NCBI GenBank assembly: GCA_048940925.1
Contig: JBHLOC010000007.1
Location: forward strand, 56,064-120,063
Direction: 5' to 3'
DNA: 64,000 bases
From: Promethearchaeota archaeon
GTDB lineage: Archaea > Asgardarchaeota > Lokiarchaeia > Sigyniarchaeales > SOKP01
Shown one piece after another: positions 1 to 9,007 of the stretch. A program made the translations under genes and the position numbers. Under the pieces are notes generated by a model. The model saw only the letters and a program-made list of their open reading frames with translations. It had not been told where the DNA came from and did not search any database. Positions within the stretch are counted from its first letter, which is position 1. Every line of letters starts with the position of its first letter.

Positions 1-97
1 TCTCAGATAAATCAAGTGGATACCAAAGTAGAGGATTTGGACCCACATTTTCATCTAGTGTCGTGTAAATTATTGAGTTAATTATATCTTCCGACAT
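1..97 (-). CDS. Partial (5' end only) protein with uDENN/longin-like N-terminus
   Basis: Hand translation from the ATG at 97: MSEDIINSIIYTTLDENVGPNPLLWYPLDLSE..., open to the window edge. The hydrophobic strand followed by D-x-x-x-G-P resembles the start of uDENN/longin domains common in Asgard archaea. Not in the ORF track. Confidence 0.5.
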   Translation of the reverse strand, partial: MSEDIINSIIYTTLDENVGPNPLLWYPLDLSE

Positions 98-322
98 TAT
101 TAGCTGTAAATATTGAATATATCTAGTAAGATTTTACCCTTTATTGATTTTTCTGTATTGAATATGATAAATTGAAGATTCATTAAAATTCTAATTATAT
201 TATGCTAATATTAAGAATTCTTCGTAAAAGGTCTGTTTCACGAAGTATTAAAATAGGATTTTTAACATTTTTAAATAAATTTTTATTTAATAGTTTTAAT
301 TTTAAAATGAAAATAAGAAGGA

Positions 323-1147
323 ATGATAATGACAGTTATTCTTAGAAATCCAAATGATTCAGAAATTATACATGCAATTGAGTATAATTCATACGAATGT
401 ATGAAAAATATGATGAATGAATATAAAGATAAATTTCAGAATCTTAAGGATATAGAATATGAAGAGAGCGAAGAGTACTTCAAAGTTTATTCCGGAATTC
501 CATTTCCTATGGCCAATGGAGTGATTAATACTAAACTTACTTCTGAAATTGCTGAGAAAAAAATTAACCAAATTATTACTTATTTTGAAGATAAGAATAT
601 TCCATTTGCTTGGGTGGTTGGTCCATCAAGTGAACCAAAAGATTTAGGAGAGTTGTTAGCAAATAAAGGATTTATTCCAGTACAAAAAGCCCCAGGGATG
701 GCTTGTAATCTTAAAAATTTAATTTACAAAACTGAGCCTTTAGTTAATTTAAAAATAGTGAAGGTTAAAAATTTTGAGATGTTGAAATTATGGGCAGATG
801 TATGCATAACTGCTGCAGAGTGGCCAAAAGAATTATTACTCGATCTTTGGCTTACTATAAGTTCACCCGATAATGCGTTTTTGGCTTATTATGATGGCAA
901 ACCTGTTGCTACCTCTTATGTATTTTATGGTGCTGGTGTTGCAGGGATTTATAATGTTGGGACATTGGAGGATGTAAGAAATAAAGGAATTGGTACCGCT
1001 ATATCGTTAGCACCCCTATATCAAGCTAAGAAATTAGGATATGAAATTGCTATTTTACAATCTTCTGAAATGGGATTAAATATATATAAAAAAATAGGAT
1101 TCAAAGAATATTGTAAAATGGAGACATTTATTTGGAGTCCTAGTTAA
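323..1147 (+). CDS. GNAT family N-acetyltransferase
   Basis: C-terminal GNAT motif A (AGIYNVGTLEDVRNKGIGTAI) and LQSSEMGLNIYKKIGF. Confidence 0.9.
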   Translation: MIMTVILRNPNDSEIIHAIEYNSYECMKNMMNEYKDKFQNLKDIEYEESEEYFKVYSGIPFPMANGVINTKLTSEIAEKKINQIITYFEDKNIPFAWVVGPSSEPKDLGELLANKGFIPVQKAPGMACNLKNLIYKTEPLVNLKIVKVKNFEMLKLWADVCITAAEWPKELLLDLWLTISSPDNAFLAYYDGKPVATSYVFYGAGVAGIYNVGTLEDVRNKGIGTAISLAPLYQAKKLGYEIAILQSSEMGLNIYKKIGFKEYCKMETFIWSPS

Positions 1148-1297
1148 ACACCATAAATTAAATGTAAATATTTTGAATTATTAAGTCTCTAATTTGAATT
1201 TCTGATGGTACACCCATAATTAAAATTATTTTTAAATGATTTACAAATTGAGTTTTTAAAAAAAAAAATAAATTTAATAATTTAAGATTGAAGCCAT

Positions 1298-2233
1298 TTA
1301 GGAGTTTATTTTATGTAGTTTTTTGAGTTTAAAAAGCATAAATACTGAGATTGTACTTATAATTCCAATTAGTAAGAATAGGTCATAACCAGGAATCATA
1401 CTTTTAGAATCTTCAGAAAACTTAATTATTTCATAATTTTCAAATGGTTCTACCAATGGGTATCTATCAATGAGTAATTCATATGAATCATAATAAATCT
1501 GGGGATCATCTCCGATACCATCATTATTATTATCAGTATTTTGGCTAAGACCAGCCCAGTAATTACCTAAATATTTATCAAATGTATTACCCTTATATAT
1601 GTAAGTTGCTTTTTTTGGTGAATGAAACCTATAGGCTGTCTCATCTTTTATTAAAATAAAAAGATCCATCTGTTTACCCATAAGATTATTGAGATACATA
1701 ATTGTCCCGTAACAGATTCCAAGATATAAACCTCTCTTACCCGTCAACCTATTTCCCATAATGATATTATTATCACTTCGATTTAAGAAAAATCCAAAAG
1801 CGTCTCCAGTTACATTATTATTAATTAATTGCCCATTATCAACATCAATTAATTTAACTCCGGCATCATAGTATTCATCTCCAGTATTATTAAAATAACA
1901 ATTTTCTATCTTAAAATACTCATCAGAGTTTTCAATCAGTATGCAACTTCCTGATGCTCCACCATCTATTTCTAAATTTTCTATAACATAAGGACTGGAC
2001 TCTTTACCTGAACCTGTACATATTCCTGCAGATTTAGTGTCAGACCAATTATTATCAATGTGAATTTTCTCGAAATTTTTAGAGACTTTTAAATTTTCGT
2101 TATTAATATTAGAACTTGGGTTACTTTCCGTCTTAATACATAGATTATTGTTAACTATAGTTATGGAGGATATAACAAAGATAACTCCTAAAGTCAATAG
2201 AATAAATATTTTCATTTTCGAATGCAAATTCAT
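1298..2233 (-). CDS. Surface protein with parallel beta-helix (NosD/CASH-like) domain and Loki-CTERM-like anchor
   Basis: N-terminal signal/TM, GSGxxxxPYVIEN cap, Asn-rich beta-helix repeats, GNYW...DGIGD motif, and a C-terminal IPGY + hydrophobic helix + basic tail. Confidence 0.8.
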   Translation of the reverse strand: MNLHSKMKIFILLTLGVIFVISSITIVNNNLCIKTESNPSSNINNENLKVSKNFEKIHIDNNWSDTKSAGICTGSGKESSPYVIENLEIDGGASGSCILIENSDEYFKIENCYFNNTGDEYYDAGVKLIDVDNGQLINNNVTGDAFGFFLNRSDNNIIMGNRLTGKRGLYLGICYGTIMYLNNLMGKQMDLFILIKDETAYRFHSPKKATYIYKGNTFDKYLGNYWAGLSQNTDNNNDGIGDDPQIYYDSYELLIDRYPLVEPFENYEIIKFSEDSKSMIPGYDLFLLIGIISTISVFMLFKLKKLHKINS

Positions 2234-2363
2234 AGAATTTCACTTAAAATAAATTAAGTTTTATTGTATTTTGATAATTCTCTGTCTTAGAGTAATATTT
2301 ATATTTTTTTATCATAGATTTCATTATTCTAAATTTAATAAATTATCAAATTATTTCATAATC

Positions 2364-3230
2364 ATGAAAAAAAAATGGTATAAAGGAAAAGTATTTGTTA
2401 TAACTGGCGCTGCTGGAGATATTGGTTCTGAGGTCTGTCGTATTTTCGCGCCATTAGGGATGAGAATGTATCTGTTAGATCTTCCCAATACTCCATTGAA
2501 TGGATTAAAAATAGAATTACAAGAATTAGGGGCTGAATATGTCGAGACTTATGAGTTTGATCTAACAAATCGAATACAAGTAGAATCGGTAATCAAGGAG
2601 ATTGGTGAAAAGGAACACTATATTGACATTCTACATAATAATGCAGGTATCGGTTCGACTTGTTCAATAACTAATGGTGGGTCATTTGAAGAATATCGAA
2701 AGCTTATGTCAATAAATGTGGATGGAATATGGCTTGTACTTCAAGCTGCGCTTCCTTACATAGGACGTCCTGCACCAAAAAGAAAATTTTCAGAACGAAA
2801 AGAAGGGCAACTCATATTTACTTCAAGTTCAGCAGGTAAAACGGGTATTCCTGGCATGGCAGCATATAGTATGAGTAAATATGCTATAATTGGATTAGCA
2901 AACTCTCTTAGGTTAGAATATAGAGTGCAAAATCATAATATTCAGGTGATAACAATATGTCCTGCACCAGCAAAAACAAAATTCTGGAATGCAACTTCTG
3001 GTTTGAAAGAATGGATTGAAAAATACAAAAAGATGGGTTTTCTTTACAAGTTTGTTGATGTTAAAAATATTGCGAAAACAATTCTAAAGGCATCACGTAA
3101 ATATAAAAGAGAAGTTTTTGTTCCTCGATGGTGGTGGTTATTAGCATATTTGCAACTTAATAGTCATAAAGCTGTTGGAACATTATTAATAAAAATTGAA
3201 AAAAAAAAGGCAAATTTGCTTAAAAATTAG
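2364..3230 (+). CDS. SDR family oxidoreductase
   Basis: TGAAGDIG, NNAG and YSMSK motifs. The ATG at 2364 (MKKKWYKGK) is preferred over the TTG at 2271 because it places the Gly motif near the N-terminus. Confidence 0.9.
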   Translation: MKKKWYKGKVFVITGAAGDIGSEVCRIFAPLGMRMYLLDLPNTPLNGLKIELQELGAEYVETYEFDLTNRIQVESVIKEIGEKEHYIDILHNNAGIGSTCSITNGGSFEEYRKLMSINVDGIWLVLQAALPYIGRPAPKRKFSERKEGQLIFTSSSAGKTGIPGMAAYSMSKYAIIGLANSLRLEYRVQNHNIQVITICPAPAKTKFWNATSGLKEWIEKYKKMGFLYKFVDVKNIAKTILKASRKYKREVFVPRWWWLLAYLQLNSHKAVGTLLIKIEKKKANLLKN

Positions 3231-3340
3231 ATTTTTCACATTTATCTTTTTTTTTTTAGGTTATTTAAAATATAAAAATACTTGCTAATTCAAATGTTAA
3301 TAAAAAAAAAGTAATTCAATGGTATGTTTTTCTAGTTTAA

Positions 3341-4816
3341 TTACTTTTTTTTATTTATCAAATAAGTAAGCCCAATTATGCTGTTTACAATAATCACGAT
3401 TAGAATCAAAAAACTATATCCCGAAATAGCTGGAAGCCCACCCTTCTTTTCAGGAGTTTCAGTAAATTTTGCTAGAAACATTTTATAATCTGTTGTTCCT
3501 GAGCTAAAATTGTGTCCTGCAACAAAATAGTTACCAGAAAAATCAGTATATAAATCAACGCATTGTAAAGATCTTGAAAATGCCTTTATCGGTTCCCCCC
3601 ATTTAAAATACCATTGTTGAGCACCTGTATTATTGTATTTAACTATAAAAATATCGCTTTTGGATCCCCTATCAGATCCCCCAATATAAAGATTTTCTGA
3701 AGAATCAAAAATTATTGATGAAGAAACCTCATCATTCGGTCCAATTAAACTGCGATTCCATTTTAAATTTCCTGAACTATCGAATTTCATTATAAACATA
3801 TCAAATTCATATTGATCCAACATCTCGCTTCCAGTAAGATAAAGATTATTCAAATCATCAATTATTAAAGAAAGAGTTCCACCTAATATATCCGTTTCTA
3901 TACAAGAAACATTCCATAATCGAGTACCATTAGTATCGAACTTTACAAGTGTAATATTACAATAATTTTGGTTATATTCATTACAACGTTTTCCAATAGT
4001 ATAGACGTTATTTAAAGAATCTGAAACTAATGCATCATAAAAACTTAAAGACTTCCAAGTAGTATTTGATAATAGATCACCAGAACTACTAAATTTCAAT
4101 AAAAGATCATCAAAATCAGTAGAACCTCCAAGATAGACGTTATTTGAAGAATCTGTGATTATTGAATATACACAATCATCACCAGATTTACCCCAAGTTC
4201 GATTCCAAAGCTGATTTCCGTCTTTATTATACTTTACTAAAAAAATGTCATAACCATAGATAAGCCCAGTAATATAGATATTATCTGAAGAATCTATTGT
4301 CATTCCATAACAAGAAGCGAATCCTTCTACACCCTCCCAAATCTGTTCCCATTCTAATATACCCTCATTATTAAATTTCAAGAGATAAGAGAATTTTGAA
4401 CCATTGCTGAATGTTGATCCTGCTATATATATATTGTCTTTTGAATCCAAAACCATATCAGTAAACATCTCTGCTTCGTTACCCCCCCATGTTGTATTCT
4501 GCCCAATGATCCATGTTCCTAACTCACTAATAGATTCATTCAATTTGACTAAAAATATATCATGGTCTCCACTTTCCTCTATATATGTTTCCCCTGCAAT
4601 GAAAATGTTTTGTGAAGAATCTACAACCATTCGACCCATTTTAGCAAATTTATATCCAGACCAAACTTGAGTCCATTTATGTTGTAATTCATCAGATTTG
4701 GTTGAAGATGATTTTATGATGCAAACTGCAAAACTCGGCATTAGGAAGAGATTAAATATAAATATTATTAAGAAAATTAATTCTAATCTATTTTTTCTAT
4801 TTTTCATGAATTTCAC
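3341..4816 (-). CDS. Surface beta-propeller protein (SBBP-like repeats) with Loki-CTERM-like anchor
   Basis: Repeats of DSSxNIYIxG...DIFLVKYxxxGxxxW, signal peptide, and a C-terminal ISGY + TM + KKK. Confidence 0.85.
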   Translation of the reverse strand: MKFMKNRKNRLELIFLIIFIFNLFLMPSFAVCIIKSSSTKSDELQHKWTQVWSGYKFAKMGRMVVDSSQNIFIAGETYIEESGDHDIFLVKLNESISELGTWIIGQNTTWGGNEAEMFTDMVLDSKDNIYIAGSTFSNGSKFSYLLKFNNEGILEWEQIWEGVEGFASCYGMTIDSSDNIYITGLIYGYDIFLVKYNKDGNQLWNRTWGKSGDDCVYSIITDSSNNVYLGGSTDFDDLLLKFSSSGDLLSNTTWKSLSFYDALVSDSLNNVYTIGKRCNEYNQNYCNITLVKFDTNGTRLWNVSCIETDILGGTLSLIIDDLNNLYLTGSEMLDQYEFDMFIMKFDSSGNLKWNRSLIGPNDEVSSSIIFDSSENLYIGGSDRGSKSDIFIVKYNNTGAQQWYFKWGEPIKAFSRSLQCVDLYTDFSGNYFVAGHNFSSGTTDYKMFLAKFTETPEKKGGLPAISGYSFLILIVIIVNSIIGLTYLINKKK

Positions 4817-4939
4817 CTTTATTAAGATTATTTAATATGATATTAACAGAACATAATATCAAAAGAAACTTAAGTAAAATTTATATAAAAATTTATCCAT
4901 TTATGTAAATAGCAGAATATAGGAAATATGATTAGATTT

Positions 4940-5458
4940 ATGTATTATAGAGAAGCAATTATAAACGATGTTGCAGAAATTGTTAACGTTAAGGTAGACA
5001 TATAGAAAACTGGCATATAAGGAGATTATTTCAAATAAATATCTTCAGAATATATCATATGAAGAGAATGAATTAAAATGGAAAAAAAGATTTGAGAATC
5101 TAAATAATAAATCAATTATATACGTAGCTGAAACAGAAAATCAAAAGATTGTAGGTTTTGCTTTAGCTCATTTAGAAAAAATCAATCCCATACCAGATTT
5201 ACTTCAAATAAAAAAATTAGTAGGGGAATTAGGTGCAATTTATGTTTTAAAAGAATTTCAGGGCAAAAAGATAAGAACTAAATTGGTTTAAAAAGTGGTA
5301 TGATAGTATGGGTATTAAGAGATAATCCTTATCGTAGTTTTTTTGAAAAATTAGGAGGTAATTATTTAGGAGATCAATTTATTGAAATAGGATAAACTAA
5401 ATATATTGAGGTTTCTTACGGGGGGGAAAATATTAAACTAATTCTCAAGAAAATTTAG
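4940..5458 (+). pseudogene. Degraded GNAT acetyltransferase
   Basis: Hand translation: MYYREAIINDVAEIVNVKVDI*KT / AYKEIISNKYLQ...IYVAETENQKIVGFA...GELGAIYVLKEFQGKKIRTKLV*KV / MIVWVLRDNPYRSFFEKLGG...IEIG*TKYIEVSYG. These are recognisable GNAT motifs broken by three stops and two frameshifts. Confidence 0.85.
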
Positions 5459-5513
5459 TTTTTTTATAAACATTAATAGATAACAACATTGGTGCTAATT
5501 GATTATTACCCAT

Positions 5514-5945
5514 CTAAAATGAAACTATTTGTAATTCTTCTATAGAATTAGCTATTCCTCTTAAAATACAGTTTTTATTACGATAATTATTAAAATTAAG
5601 TTTGCAACCTTTTAGAATTATGCAATTATCTAATTTGAAATTATTGCCAATTTTCACATCATCTAATATTATAGAATTAGATATTTCTACATAATCTCCA
5701 ATTTCTGAATTATTACCAATATAAATATTTGGTCCAATGAGCACATCATCACCAATCTTGACTCTATCTCCAAGAACTACTGGTTCCATAAATGTAGGAT
5801 AATCCCCAATATAATTATCTATCTTCAATCCTTTAACATGTATCTTTAGAAATTCAATCATTAACGCCTGAATTTTTTCAGGCTCTATTTCTTGTCTACT
5901 AAGTAATTGCTCTAATTGGGTTAATAACTCTTTCATTTCTATCAT
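5514..5945 (-). CDS. Stand-alone left-handed beta-helix (hexapeptide repeat) protein, like the C-terminal domain of NDP-sugar pyrophosphorylases
   Basis: PVVLGDRVKIGDDVLIGPNIYIGNNSEIG...SNSIILDDVKIG hexapeptide repeats; no nucleotidyltransferase domain. Confidence 0.8.
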   Translation of the reverse strand: MIEMKELLTQLEQLLSRQEIEPEKIQALMIEFLKIHVKGLKIDNYIGDYPTFMEPVVLGDRVKIGDDVLIGPNIYIGNNSEIGDYVEISNSIILDDVKIGNNFKLDNCIILKGCKLNFNNYRNKNCILRGIANSIEELQIVSF

Positions 5946-5957
5946 TCTAAAATAATT

Positions 5958-6686
5958 TTATAAATCTAATTTTTCAATCAATTTTTCAATATTCAAACCA
6001 GTTTTAGCACTTGTAGTAATAACTTCTATATCTGGATTTATTTCTTTTGCATCCTGAACCATTTTCTTGACATTAGTCCCTAATCTTTCAGCTAAATCGA
6101 TTTTATTTATAACAGCAATTTGCGACATTTTAAAAAGCATCGGGTGTTTTTCTACAACCCATTCACCTTCAGTAGTAGATACAATTGTGATTCTTTTATC
6201 AGTACCAAGCATGAAATCAGAGGGACAAATTAAATTTCCTACATTCTCGATAAATAGCAAATCATAATTATTCAAATCTTTATTTTGTATGATTTGGTGT
6301 ATGTGATAAGCATTTAAAGCACATTCTCGTCCAGTATTGATTTGAATAGTTTCAGCATTATGAGATTGAATTCTATCAGCATCTACTCTTGTAGTTATGT
6401 CCCCACAGATCACTAATATTCTATATTTTGCTGACAAAATTTCAACCATTTTCTCGATAATCGCTGTTTTCCCAGCACCAATAGCTCCAACAATATCAAT
6501 CGATTTTATATTATATTGCTTCAATTCCTGGTTAATCTGTTGGGCCAAGCGATCATTATCTTTTTCGATTTCCCTTTTAGTTTGAACTACAAAATCTCTG
6601 ATCTCATCTGTAGCTAAATTTATACTCTCTAATTCTTTAATCCTTTGAACTTCTTGTTTTCTTTTTTCTGGCATTTGTAATATCAA
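5958..6686 (-). CDS. hypB: Hydrogenase nickel-incorporation GTPase HypB
   Basis: GAIGAGKT, GDITTRVDADRI, ENVGNLICPSDFMLG, NKIDL and SAKTG motifs. Confidence 0.9.
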   Translation of the reverse strand: MILQMPEKRKQEVQRIKELESINLATDEIRDFVVQTKREIEKDNDRLAQQINQELKQYNIKSIDIVGAIGAGKTAIIEKMVEILSAKYRILVICGDITTRVDADRIQSHNAETIQINTGRECALNAYHIHQIIQNKDLNNYDLLFIENVGNLICPSDFMLGTDKRITIVSTTEGEWVVEKHPMLFKMSQIAVINKIDLAERLGTNVKKMVQDAKEINPDIEVITTSAKTGLNIEKLIEKLDL

Positions 6687-6793
6687 ATACTATGCAGACT
6701 ATAAGACTTACTTTTATAAATTAAATATTCAAAAAAAATTATTTGATAAGTCTTCTAAATTTATATATTTAGGATTTCTCATCATTTTTCAGT

Positions 6794-7777
6794 TTAAGAA
6801 TAAACTTTTTTAATAATACTTAAAAAATAATCATTCTCTTTTTTAGAACCTATAGTAACTCGTATATAATCTGATCCCAATTGAGCAGAAGCATTATGTA
6901 CTAAAATTCCTTTTTCTGTTAGAATTTGTGAAATATTAGGTATTTTCATTTTTAATAACAAGAAATTAGTATAACTTGGAAAAACATTAATGTTAAATTC
7001 TGATAGATACTTGCTAATTCTCTCTTTTTCGTTTTGAATTTCATCAACATAATCTGTCATATATCCTGGATTTCTCAAAGCGTTTATTCCTGCTATAACA
7101 CTGGGATAAGGAAGCATTATTTCTAACCCCTGAAATTTTCTACGAATTATATCTCCTGCTATTAAATAACCTATTCCTGAACCTGCCAAACCAAATGATT
7201 TACTCAATGTTCTTACTATAGCAAGATTAGGGTATTTTTCAATTAAGTGAATAAAACTAATATTTGAGAATTCGAAATAGGCTTCATCAATTAGGAGAAT
7301 TACATTATCAATTTTTGATATACTTTCAATGTCCTTTTGATTTATTATTAAATTCCCCGTTGGATTATTTGGATTATCAAAGACTAGTAAAGAAGGTTTA
7401 TCAAGTTCTTTAAGCAGGGGATCTATAGATATTTTGAAATCTGGCTCTTGTAGTCGGATCTTGATAAGTGAACTACCCGTATTTTGAGCAGCATTATTTA
7501 TTATTATAAAAGTTGGGTCTGAAATTATTATTTGTCGATTACTGGAAAAAAGGAAAATAAATTCCTTTATTAAAAGGTCTGAACCTGAACTTAAAAAAAA
7601 TGAATCATTAGGGATATTACAATAGAGAGACAATTCATTAATTAAAGTATCTACTTCCTTTTGTGGAGTATAACGATGAATCTTTCTAATACATTTCTTT
7701 ACAGGATTAGTTACTGTTTTTGGAGGAGACTTATACATTTCATTTAAGTTTAGTTTAACATTCATAATTTGAATCAC
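6794..7777 (-). CDS. PLP-dependent class I/II aminotransferase, HisC/CobD-like
   Basis: KLNLNE, NPNNPTG, DEAYFEF, RTLSKSFGLAG and RVTIG motifs. Confidence 0.8.
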   Translation of the reverse strand: MIQIMNVKLNLNEMYKSPPKTVTNPVKKCIRKIHRYTPQKEVDTLINELSLYCNIPNDSFFLSSGSDLLIKEFIFLFSSNRQIIISDPTFIIINNAAQNTGSSLIKIRLQEPDFKISIDPLLKELDKPSLLVFDNPNNPTGNLIINQKDIESISKIDNVILLIDEAYFEFSNISFIHLIEKYPNLAIVRTLSKSFGLAGSGIGYLIAGDIIRRKFQGLEIMLPYPSVIAGINALRNPGYMTDYVDEIQNEKERISKYLSEFNINVFPSYTNFLLLKMKIPNISQILTEKGILVHNASAQLGSDYIRVTIGSKKENDYFLSIIKKVYS

Positions 7778-7867
7778 AAACTTGAATTTGTTTTAATTGT
7801 AATTTATATTCTTTATTAAAATAAATAACAGAACTTTAAAAAATAAAATAATTTAATTCACTGCTAA

Positions 7868-8974
7868 CTAACATTCTATTGGAATAATTAATTCTTCCTT
7901 ATATCCTATTATTACTTTAGTAAATCCCTTAATTAAATTATCTACTTCAACATCACCACTGTCTACTCTTAAACAATTCAAATCTCTCATTTTTTCTGCA
8001 GTAGCTATGATTGTAATATTATTTTTTCCAATTCTTTTGAGCACTTCAGGGGTGAATTGCTTGTTTCCCCTTCCGAAAATAAAGCCTTGGCCACCTATGG
8101 GTGAAACTATAATTTGCGCATTAGAATATTTATTTAATAACTTGAGAATACCTTTTTCATTAAGATCTTCTTCAATCAATTTCTCATTGCTAATTGCATC
8201 TATTCCAAGGAGAGTTTTAGATAAATTAAGGTTATCTGTAATTGTCTTTACTGTTGTTCCCGGTCCTAATAAATATAATATATCTTTTTTCATATTTTCA
8301 ATGATAAATTCTGCTATTTCTTGCTTATTTTCTTCTATTGTCTTTCCGAATCTTGAACCAGTTTTACTTGATTGAAATAATTCTAGGATTTTAGGGACTT
8401 TTAGGTATCCATATAATCTTGCTTCTAAAATATCTTTCCTAACAAGGCTCTCATCAATATCTAACACTTCTTTTTCCTGTGTTTCAACAGCTTCTTCTAT
8501 GAATTTATCAATTATTTGTGCAGCAGCTCTTGGATTTAAAGCGAACACAGAACTAAACATTTTAACACCAGCAGGTATTGCAACTACAGGTTTTTCTAAA
8601 TCAATTGCATCATAAATATCTCTCGCAGTCCCATCTCCTCCACAGAAAATCAGCAAATCGATATTTTTCTGGAGCATCAATTTTGCAATTTTTTTGGTAT
8701 CATCTGCTGATGTGTCACTACCAATTTTTCCTATTATTTCAAACTTAAATTGTGTTCCCTTGATACTCTCAGCACCCATTTTACCTGGTGGTACTAACAA
8801 AAAAATTTCATTTTTATTACTAATATGAGATAGTAGCTCATTTACTCTTTTTGAAGCTATAGGAGTGGCACCCATTTTTAATGCTTCTTTATATATATCT
8901 CCATCTGTGCCTTTAAGACCTACACTACCACCCATTCCGGCAATGGGATTAATAATCAATCCAATCTTTTTCAT
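7868..8974 (-). CDS. ATP-NAD kinase family protein (AcoX-like)
   Basis: NPIAGMGGSVGLKGTD, GGDGTARD, PAGVKMFS and GGQGFIFGRGNKQ motifs. Confidence 0.85.
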   Translation of the reverse strand: MKKIGLIINPIAGMGGSVGLKGTDGDIYKEALKMGATPIASKRVNELLSHISNKNEIFLLVPPGKMGAESIKGTQFKFEIIGKIGSDTSADDTKKIAKLMLQKNIDLLIFCGGDGTARDIYDAIDLEKPVVAIPAGVKMFSSVFALNPRAAAQIIDKFIEEAVETQEKEVLDIDESLVRKDILEARLYGYLKVPKILELFQSSKTGSRFGKTIEENKQEIAEFIIENMKKDILYLLGPGTTVKTITDNLNLSKTLLGIDAISNEKLIEEDLNEKGILKLLNKYSNAQIIVSPIGGQGFIFGRGNKQFTPEVLKRIGKNNITIIATAEKMRDLNCLRVDSGDVEVDNLIKGFTKVIIGYKEELIIPIEC

Positions 8975-9007
8975 TATTTTTGGAAATTGTAATTAAAATA
9001 AAAAAAT

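Noticed and set aside
7868-8974. NAD kinase family gene as part of the NAD-consuming TIR system
   Set aside because: It is on the opposite strand, 4.6 kb away, within an unrelated enzyme run, and belongs to a widespread archaeal family.
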